Shown here: positions 17,070 to 23,684 of the stretch, in pieces | Layout: every line of letters begins with the position of its first letter | Position numbering within the stretch: position 1 is the stretch's first letter | Assembly: GCA_026713825.1 (NCBI GenBank) | Contig: JAPONS010000049.1 | Span: 64,340-128,339, forward strand | Source of the DNA: Chloroflexota bacterium | Lineage (GTDB): Bacteria; Chloroflexota; Dehalococcoidia; Lucifugimonadales; UBA1127 | Length of the DNA stretch: 64,000 nt | Direction: 5' to 3' | Notes under the pieces: model-generated | Seen by the model: the letters and a program-made list of their open reading frames with translations, nothing else | Databases searched by the model: none | Told to the model about the DNA's origin: nothing | Position numbers and translations under genes: made by a program

Positions 17070-18392
17070 ATGATGCGGCGGACGGGTTTCCGGCTCCCGA
17101 AGCTCTACTACGGCTGGGTGATTCTCGGAGTCGCCATCCTCGCGGGGTCGTTCTCCACTGGTGTCGGCGTCTGGGGCGCGAGCGTCTTCGTGCGGCCCAT
17201 GACGGAGGAGCTGGAGTGGTCGCGGGCAAGCTTCTACGGCGCCCTGACCTTCCAGATGATCGTAGCGGGTGCGCTGGCGCCAATCATCGGGCCCATGCAG
17301 GACACGCGTACGGGCCCGATGCGGCTGATGCTCCTATCTGCCGTGTTGCTGGGATGCTCCCTCATGGCGCTCCGCTACATCGACAGCCTGTGGCAGTTCT
17401 ACCTGCTCTTCGGCGTCTGCAGCGGCTTTGCCCAGATTGCCGGGGGCTTCGCCCTCACGATGACCATCCTGCCCAAGTGGTTCGTGCGCAAACGGGGCCG
17501 CGTGTTGGGCATAGCAGCCATGGGGCCGGGTCTGGGCCCGATGCTCTACCCAGTGTCACTGCAAGCCCTCATTGACGCTTCGGACTGGCGCATGGCGTGG
17601 TTCGTCCTTGGCATCGTGGCGCTCTGCGTGCTCGTACCCCTCTCCTTCCTGGTGCGCACGCGGCCCGAGGACATAGGCCAGCTCCCTGACGGAGAGGCGC
17701 CGGACGTGTCAGCGGCAGGGGAGAGGGAGGCATCACAGGTAGAGGGGCAACCTCGTTCCATTGATGCGGGCGGCCTGACGTTGCGCGAGAGCGTTAGGAC
17801 ACTCTCCTTTTGGCTCATTGTTGCCGCATTCATGCTGGTGGGCCTCGGGATTGGCGGGTTCCACGCCAACCTGGTTCCCTATTACCAGGACATCGGCATC
17901 GCTGAGTCCGTAGCGGCGCTCAGCGCCACGGCCTTCGCTGTCGGCTCGGTGAGCTTCCGACCAATCTGGGGCCTGCTTGCCGAGAGGGTGCCGCTGCGCT
18001 TCCTCATCGGTCCTCAGCTCATCCTGACCGCGGGCACCGTCTTGCTCATCCTCAACGTGGAAGGCCGTACGTCGATGCTGATCGCGTCGGGGCTGCACGG
18101 CCTGACCATCGGGGCGTACATCACGCTGATGGGGGTCATCGTGGCCGACTATTTCGGCCGGCTGCACCTCGGCGCGATCAACGGCGTCCTGCGGCCATTC
18201 ATGACGATCTCAGGCGCGGCGAGCCCGCTCTTCATCGCCTTCCTGTTCGATTGGCAGGACTCGTACACGCTGGCGTTCCTGATCATCGCCGCGGGCTGGG
18301 CGCTCGCAGGCGGGCTCATGCTGGTGGCGAAGCCGCCTCGCGTGCCGACGCCAACGGCGACCTTGCATGACCGCGACTTGAAGGCCAACTAG
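17070..18392 (+). CDS. MFS transporter, paralog 2 (tandem duplicate)
   Basis: Start taken at MMRRTGFRLPKLYYGWVILG. The upstream part of track ORF 16557.. overlaps paralog 1 out of frame. Confidence 0.85.
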   Translation: MMRRTGFRLPKLYYGWVILGVAILAGSFSTGVGVWGASVFVRPMTEELEWSRASFYGALTFQMIVAGALAPIIGPMQDTRTGPMRLMLLSAVLLGCSLMALRYIDSLWQFYLLFGVCSGFAQIAGGFALTMTILPKWFVRKRGRVLGIAAMGPGLGPMLYPVSLQALIDASDWRMAWFVLGIVALCVLVPLSFLVRTRPEDIGQLPDGEAPDVSAAGEREASQVEGQPRSIDAGGLTLRESVRTLSFWLIVAAFMLVGLGIGGFHANLVPYYQDIGIAESVAALSATAFAVGSVSFRPIWGLLAERVPLRFLIGPQLILTAGTVLLILNVEGRTSMLIASGLHGLTIGAYITLMGVIVADYFGRLHLGAINGVLRPFMTISGAASPLFIAFLFDWQDSYTLAFLIIAAGWALAGGLMLVAKPPRVPTPTATLHDRDLKAN

Positions 18393-18396
18393 AATA

Positions 18397-18427
18397 TACG
18401 TATACTAAGGTTCACCGTACGTATACT
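18397..18427 (+). promoter_or_regulatory. Putative operator: direct repeat TACGTATACT x2 upstream of vapBC-1
   Basis: Exact 10-mers at 18397-18406 and 18418-18427, 21 bp centre to centre, each containing the palindrome TACGTA. Located 22-52 nt upstream of the antitoxin ATG. Confidence 0.45.
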
Positions 18428-18448
18428 CAGGGAAGGACGGCCCTCGCC

Positions 18449-18676
18449 ATGAAGCAAAAACTTACGATCACGGTTGACGCGGAGTTGGTCCCCGCTGCCA
18501 AGCGCTACGCCCGCTCCCGGGGCATGTCGCTTTCGGCGGTAATCGAGCAGTCCCTCCGGGAAGTTGCCGGAGAGGAGACCGAGTCCTTTGCAAAGAAGTG
18601 GATGGGCAAGTTGAAGTTGGCGGAGCGGCATGGCGACCCTCTTTACGAAGCGTTGGTGAAAAAGTACGTCCGATGA
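18449..18676 (+). CDS. Type II antitoxin (VapB-like, small DNA-binding protein)
   Basis: 75 aa (KLTITVDAELVPAAKRYARSRGMSLSAVIEQSLREV). The stop overlaps the start of the PIN toxin gene (ATGA). Confidence 0.7.
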   Translation: MKQKLTITVDAELVPAAKRYARSRGMSLSAVIEQSLREVAGEETESFAKKWMGKLKLAERHGDPLYEALVKKYVR

Positions 18677-19080
18677 TGCTCATAGACACGGACGTACTCA
18701 TCGACGTTGCGCTCCGTAGGGTGCCCCACGCATTTCCAGCCGCGGAACTCTTTGAGAAGATTCAGCACGGGGTTGAGGCCGCAAATGTTGCATGGCATTC
18801 CATATCCAACCTCCACTACCTCACGGCTCGGTCGCTCGGCAGGGACAATGCCCGCGAGTTCATCCTTGAACTGATACGCTTCGTGCCCGTTGCCGCAACC
18901 GGCACGGAGGCGGTCCGCTACGCGGCAGAACTCCCCATGAGCGACTTCGAGGACGCGATGCAGGTTGCCGCGGCCCGGGCCTGCGGGGCCACTCGTATTG
19001 TGACCCGGAACGTCTCCGATTACGCGCGGTCTCCCATACCGGCAGTCACGCCCCAGGAGGCGCTGGCCGGGTTGAGCTAG
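18673..19080 (+). CDS. vapC: PIN-domain toxin VapC
   Basis: MMLIDTDVLIDV N-terminus (first PIN acidic residue), later acidic motifs (MSDFEDAMQVAAA). The size fits VapC. Confidence 0.8.
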   Translation: MMLIDTDVLIDVALRRVPHAFPAAELFEKIQHGVEAANVAWHSISNLHYLTARSLGRDNAREFILELIRFVPVAATGTEAVRYAAELPMSDFEDAMQVAAARACGATRIVTRNVSDYARSPIPAVTPQEALAGLS

Positions 19081-19149
19081 GTCCGCAACCGGACCCACTC
19101 CAGGCCTCTCTGGGTTCCCTCCCTCGTGTTTCCCCAGGACAGGCTTCCA

Positions 19150-19214
19150 CCTCCCTAGGGCGAACGGGGTGGGACACCCCCATCCCAGCCTTCCCCCATC
19201 AGGTGGGAAGGGGT
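19150..19214. repeat. REP-like interspersed repeat units (FDFPQGER-type and PSPIKGEG-type)
   Basis: CCTAGGGCGAACGG plus CCCCATCCCAGCCTTCCCCCATCAGGTGGGAAGGGG (hairpin CCCTTCCC/GGGAAGGG). The same units occur at 24150-24233. Confidence 0.7.
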
Positions 19215-20279
19215 CTACGTGATCAGCGGACGCCCCAGAAAACGCTCACGCCAGGCGGGCAGCGCCTCGACGTTGTAGACGTGCTCCGGCTCCTCGCCGC
19301 GCAGCGCGTGCAGCACGTCTGCCGTGCCCCATTTGATGCCCGGCCCGATGCCCCCGCCGACGTTGTGCGACGACATGTGCGGCGAGAGCAGCACGTTGCC
19401 GCCCATCGACCGCAGGGGGCTGTCCAGCGGCAGGGGCTCGACCTCGAACACGTCCAGCGCCGCGCCGGCGATGACGTTCGCGTTGAGCGCCTCGACCAGC
19501 GCGGGCTCATCGACGGCCGGACCGCGCGACGTGTTGATGAGGATGGCCGTTGGCTTCATCAGCCCCAGCTCCCGCGAGCTGATCATATGGTGCGTCTCGC
19601 GGGTCAGGATAACGTGCAGGCTGACGACGTCGGACTGGCGGAGGAGATCGTCCAGGGCCAGCCGCTCGACACCCAGATCGCGGAAGTGGTCGTCGGACAC
19701 GTACGGGTCGTGGGCGACGATGCGCATGCCCCACGGCGCCATGAGCCTCGACACGCGCGTGCCGATGCGGCCCAGGCCGATCAAGCCCAGCACGATGCCC
19801 TCGTAGCCGTCCTCCGCCCGGTAGCCGAGGTGGACGCCGGTGAGGGCGCCGTCGCGCCAGGGTTCGCCGGCCTTCAGGTGGGCGTCGCGCTCGCGGGTGT
19901 TCTTGAGCAGCGTCAGCATCTTGGTGATGGTGGTCTCGGCGACGCCCCCCCAGTTGGCCTCGGTGGGCGCGTGGGTGACTAGGATGCCCAACTCCGTCGC
20001 GGCGTCGATGTCGATCTCGTCGACGCCGACGGTGTACTTGGCGACGATGCGGAGGCCCTCGGAGGCGGTGAGCACGTCGCGGGAAATCTTGGCGCCCTTG
20101 ATGGAGGTGCCGACGAGGGCGTCGGCGCCGGAGGCCATTTCGGCGAGCCGTTCGGTGGAGTCGCCGGTGGGGTCGCTCCAGTTGGCGCTGCCGAGGGTGA
20201 GGGAGCAGCCGGCCGACTTCATCTCCTCCAAGCTGTCAGAATCAGCGGGCGCAAAGACGAATACCTTGGGGTCAGACAT
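19215..20279 (-). CDS. D-isomer-specific 2-hydroxyacid dehydrogenase (PGDH/GyaR-like)
   Basis: NAD motif GLIGLGRIGTRV, catalytic region NTSRGPAVDE...DVFEVEP. Start taken at MSDPKVFVFAP (residue 36 of the track ORF). Confidence 0.85.
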   Translation of the reverse strand: MSDPKVFVFAPADSDSLEEMKSAGCSLTLGSANWSDPTGDSTERLAEMASGADALVGTSIKGAKISRDVLTASEGLRIVAKYTVGVDEIDIDAATELGILVTHAPTEANWGGVAETTITKMLTLLKNTRERDAHLKAGEPWRDGALTGVHLGYRAEDGYEGIVLGLIGLGRIGTRVSRLMAPWGMRIVAHDPYVSDDHFRDLGVERLALDDLLRQSDVVSLHVILTRETHHMISSRELGLMKPTAILINTSRGPAVDEPALVEALNANVIAGAALDVFEVEPLPLDSPLRSMGGNVLLSPHMSSHNVGGGIGPGIKWGTADVLHALRGEEPEHVYNVEALPAWRERFLGRPLIT

Positions 20280-20403
20280 GACGGCCTCCGTGGGCAAAGG
20301 TTCCGCACCATCATGCCGTAGGGCGCGGGCGGGTGCAAGCGGTGAGCGAGTCGGCCATTTGAGTTTCTCCTTCAATGTGCCCATGCATACTTGAGCCGCC
20401 GTG

Positions 20404-20446
20404 TTGTTTCGTCGTCCTCCGTAGCTGAGAAGACACTTGTTTCGTC
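20404..20446 (-). promoter_or_regulatory. Two direct copies of GACGAAACAA (gene orientation), 33 bp apart, upstream of the dehydrogenase gene
   Basis: Plus strand reads TTGTTTCGTC at 20404-20413 and 20437-20446. The core matches 15411-15470. Confidence 0.4.
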
Positions 20447-20450
20447 TTCG

Positions 20451-20494
20451 TTTTGTAGCTGTTGTGGCACACGCCAGCTACAAAACCGTTTTTT
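20451..20494 (+). terminator. Orphan terminator-like hairpin (possible 3' end of a small + strand transcript)
   Basis: TTTTGTAGCTG (20451-20461) pairs with CAGCTACAAAA (20475-20485). Loop of 13 nt, then CCG and TTTTTT (20489-20494). No + strand CDS ends nearby. Confidence 0.35.
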
Positions 20495-20659
20495 GCGCAG
20501 GGGGGAAACAACCCCCGGCTGCCAGACTGCGGCGCTTCCCGGTGAGGGCGGTCAGGGTTGTCATGGGGACAGGGTAGCGAGGGTGTCGTCGTTCGCGCGA
20601 GGGGGCGGTGGCAGAGGGGAGGATTGGCTAATCTTGCAGGAGGGGCTTAGACTGCATTC

Positions 20660-20911
20660 ATGCTCAAACGACTGCAAGTCCTCATTGATGAAGAAGAGTA
20701 CCGGGAGATCCAGGGCATCGCCCGCAGGCAGGGGGTGACGCTTGCGGAGTGGGTGCGGCAGGCGCTGCGCCAGGCGCGAAGCGGCGATTCCGGTACCGTG
20801 GCGGCCAAACTGCAAGTCATCGCCGACGCATCCCGGCATGCGTTCCCCACTGCCGAAATAGAAGTCATGCTGCGGGAGATCAATGCAGGGCGGCGGCATG
20901 AACCTTTATGA
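20660..20911 (+). CDS. Ribbon-helix-helix (CopG/VapB-type) antitoxin
   Basis: MLKRLQVLIDEEEYREIQGIARRQGVTLAEWVRQALRQA, a typical RHH N-terminus. The C-terminal HAFPTAEIEVMLREI block is common in VapB partners of PIN toxins. Confidence 0.75.
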   Translation: MLKRLQVLIDEEEYREIQGIARRQGVTLAEWVRQALRQARSGDSGTVAAKLQVIADASRHAFPTAEIEVMLREINAGRRHEPL

Positions 20912-21443
20912 GCCTTTCGCAATGGAGAATAGGCACAAGGGGCCTGACACAATCAAGTGTCATCGGCTACTAGACAGCGATAAGACTTTCTACACCTGCG
21001 GTCGGCCTGGATACTTGAAGACTAACAAGACGAGACAAGTATCGGAGGGTGAGGTCTCACAATGGGTACTCAGTTTGCCAGGACCCGGTACTGTGATTAT
21101 TTCTTTATTGGGCCGTAAACCGGATGGGAAGAGCGAGTTCCGCTTCTATCCATTTCACGGCAACTGGGACTCTGTAGAAGAACGCCGCGACAAGCCCTCA
21201 TTTCAGGAGTGGTTGGACAGGCATCACTCAGACATGAGCCTATCAGTGATTGAGCATCCCACTGTTGACCAAGGCATTGAGACCGAAAAGGCCAAAATGA
21301 TCGCTGCCGAAGTGGTTAGACTTACTTCGTTGGGTCGAACGGTCGTAGTTGTTGACTCTGCCGGGGTTTCCAGAACAGGTAAGGTAGCCAAGGTCCTTCG
21401 CACCTGGTCAGAAGTCGTCCACGCGACCGCACCAAGCGAATAG
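20898..21443 (+). CDS. Hypothetical protein, PTP/dual-specificity-phosphatase-like fold with Asp in place of the P-loop Cys
   Basis: IEHPTVDQG (general-acid-like D) followed about 30 aa later by VVVVDSAGVSRTGKV, which aligns to the HCxxGxxR(S/T)G P-loop with C->D. Visibly lower GC. The start overlaps the RHH gene stop (alternative ATG at 20883). Confidence 0.45.
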   Translation: MNLYEPFAMENRHKGPDTIKCHRLLDSDKTFYTCGRPGYLKTNKTRQVSEGEVSQWVLSLPGPGTVIISLLGRKPDGKSEFRFYPFHGNWDSVEERRDKPSFQEWLDRHHSDMSLSVIEHPTVDQGIETEKAKMIAAEVVRLTSLGRTVVVVDSAGVSRTGKVAKVLRTWSEVVHATAPSE

Positions 21444-21717
21444 GAGGTGCTCGCTGTGAAGTCTACCTACGCGGAATCTTTTGGCACAGTGCAGGCTTGA
21501 GTGGCTTACGCCACGCAAAGCCGCTACGGGAATTAGATGTTCTGGGGTAAGGTATGGGGCAAGTACTGGCGATACTGCGATCTCGTGGAGGGCACGGACT
21601 CAGTGTAAGTTGCGGGACTACTCCTCTGCTCAGCCTCGCTATTTGGGCTGACGGTGACGCTGATCCTTCTAGCGCGGCACCTGTGGTTGCCGTAGAGAGT
21701 TAGATGGTGCCAACCGA

Positions 21718-22110
21718 ATGAAAACAAAGATCATTGGGTTTGCAGGTAGTGTGCTCATAGCCTTAATGGTGTTGGCAGCGTGCGGCCCTGGTGCAGCGGA
21801 ACCCCTAGCGACCCCGGAACCGACTACAACCCCTTCCATGCTGGATTATCTTGACAGCGTGCGGCCCGCGTGCCCGGAATGGAGGGAAAGGGAGTTCGCT
21901 GACCAGTGGGCCACCTTTGTGGTCGTGGGAAGTGCTTATTGGGAGGACCTGCAGGAGTGGATCGGCGAGGCGGACGCGACGGTCGGGGCCAAAGCCTTGG
22001 AGCGGGAGCAAACCATCCGGATCCAGTGCCTGCGAGAGGCACGCGATGCGTGTCCGAGGGCGGTCTACCCGCAGTGTGGGCTTATCGACAGCATCCTCGA
22101 AGGACTCTAG
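21718..22110 (+). CDS. Small lipoprotein, hypothetical
   Basis: Signal peptide with lipobox (MKTKIIGFAGSVLIALMVLAAC|GPG). 130 aa, low-GC region. Confidence 0.55.
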   Translation: MKTKIIGFAGSVLIALMVLAACGPGAAEPLATPEPTTTPSMLDYLDSVRPACPEWREREFADQWATFVVVGSAYWEDLQEWIGEADATVGAKALEREQTIRIQCLREARDACPRAVYPQCGLIDSILEGL

Positions 22111-22324
22111 CGGCCTGGCGACTTTTGCATCAATGCGGCTCATTTATCAAAGCCAGGCCGAATTCTGGTGCTGTCTGTGCCAGGAATCTAAGGGAATCTT
22201 TAGGCTATGTGGGACTCTTGAACTTCTCTGACTAGTACTGGTTGACGCCCTAGTGAGTAGGTCTATTTTGGTACGTAAGGGTTGACTGGGCGGTGCTGCT
22301 AACCCCCAACCGAGGAGCTTGACC

Positions 22325-22486
22325 ATGACTGAAATACTGGCCGTCTCAGGCCTGACCCTCTTCCTCACCGTGTTTACGGCGTGGTTTCTCCTCTCCTCCG
22401 GCATGAAGAATGACCAGGGCACTGCCTTTCTGGTCGGCCTCGTCGCTTTGCTGGGGTACGTGTTTGCGGGCAGCGTCGTCGCGTAG
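22325..22486 (+). CDS. Small two-helix membrane protein (53 aa), hypothetical; below the ORF-track size cut-off
   Basis: ATG at 22325 preceded by GAGGAG. Translation: MTEILAVSGLTLFLTVFTAWFLLSSGMKNDQGTAFLVGLVALLGYVFAGSVVA*. Confidence 0.4.
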   Translation: MTEILAVSGLTLFLTVFTAWFLLSSGMKNDQGTAFLVGLVALLGYVFAGSVVA

Positions 22487-22702
22487 CCGTTACGACTCCC
22501 CCCTGGATACCGGCCCCGTACCGCGGTACGGGGCAAGCTATTCGCCGATATGAAGGTTGGGGATTGGGCGGGCGATTCGCGAATCGCCCCTACGGTGGGA
22601 GATGGGGCCGGGGGAAGGGCGACCACGAGGGTCGCCCCCACGGTGGCGCCGCCGCCCGTTGGATACCGGCTCAATCCGTTCGTAGGTTCCCCTTCGACGG
22701 AG
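22487..22702. repeat. Cluster of REP-like palindromic repeat units
   Basis: CTGGATACCGGC..., perfect palindromes CCCCGTACCGCGGTACGGGG and GGCGATTCGCGAATCGCC, hairpin GGCGACCACGAGGGTCGCC, CCCCTACGGTGG/CCCCCACGGTGG, and CAGGGCGAACG. Confidence 0.75.
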
Positions 22703-23305
22703 TCAGGGCGAACGATGTGGGCGGTAGTCGCGGGGATCAAGACAGGCATCGTATGTGGCCTGGTCTATGGGGACCCACGTCGTGCCGGGAATCCCTCTTG
22801 TGTACGTGGTGCTTGGGCCAAGAGGAAAGGCAGACTCGAAGTACAGCTTGCGGTTTTGCCCGGCCCCCACCTGACGCGCCAATTTCACTGCGGGGCCAAA
22901 GTCAGTGTCTTGACTCACGATGATTGCAACTTCATATCGTTCCTCATAGGTTGCCTGAATCAAGTCCAGGGCGAGGCTGACGTCAACGCCTTTTTCCTGC
23001 CTGCCTGTATTTATGGCGCCCCGGTAGGTGTAGATCCCCTTATTGTTCAAATACCGAAGTTTGCTGGACCAGAAATCATGCCAAAACCGTTGTGAAGTCC
23101 CGCCGTTCCGGTTCGGCACGCCAGTATAGAATCGAATTTCAGAGAGCACACGACCGGGCGTCTTTGTTGCAAGCGCATCAGCGAGTTTCTCGACGTCGTA
23201 ACTGGGCCATTCATACGGCGACGGGAGAGCGGGATGTGGGGGAGTCCAGGCACGCTTTGCGCCGTAGAAGAGGTTTTGCCCGTCTATGAGCACGATTGTG
23301 TTCAT
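22703..23305 (-). CDS. NYN-domain (LabA/DUF88-like, PIN-like RNase fold) protein
   Basis: MNTIVLIDGQNLFYGAK ... GVDVSLALDLI ... AIIVSQDTDFGPAV are hallmark NYN acidic motifs. Low-GC gene whose last codons run into a REP unit. Confidence 0.75.
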   Translation of the reverse strand: MNTIVLIDGQNLFYGAKRAWTPPHPALPSPYEWPSYDVEKLADALATKTPGRVLSEIRFYTGVPNRNGGTSQRFWHDFWSSKLRYLNNKGIYTYRGAINTGRQEKGVDVSLALDLIQATYEERYEVAIIVSQDTDFGPAVKLARQVGAGQNRKLYFESAFPLGPSTTYTRGIPGTTWVPIDQATYDACLDPRDYRPHRSP

Positions 23306-23439
23306 ACAAAAAGTAACCCCGCCCGGGGATTTGGCCTAAGCCGCTTCCAGCGGACGGGGAGCAGATAGCCGTAGTCTACCCGCCAGTGGACGCCCTGTCA
23401 ACCCACTACGCCCCCTCCCTCTCTTTACCCTGCGCTTTG

Positions 23440-23631
23440 TTGAGGGGCGAACAGGGTCGCGGACAATTTGCGAAGAGCCCCTACGGTGGCCGCGACCCCC
23501 TGTCGCCCGCCCCCTGGATCCCGGCTTTCGCCGGGAAGACGATAGAGGTGGGCGCCCTTCGATTTTCCTCAGGGCGAACGGGTTGGGCCGCTCCCCTGGA
23601 TTCCCGCGAAAGCGGGAATGACGGTAGGGGG
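23440..23631. repeat. Cluster of REP-like repeat units upstream of the NuoE~F gene
   Basis: Contains CCCCTACGGTGG, CCCTGGATCCCGGCTTTCGCCGGGAAGACG, CTTCGATTTTCCTCAGGGCGAACGG and CCCTGGATTCCCGCGAAAGCGGGAATGACGGTAGG. Confidence 0.75.
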
Positions 23632-23684
23632 GTCTCCGTGATAAGATTCACGCAGTCTGGGGCAAGCGCCGCAAAGGGGGCCAA

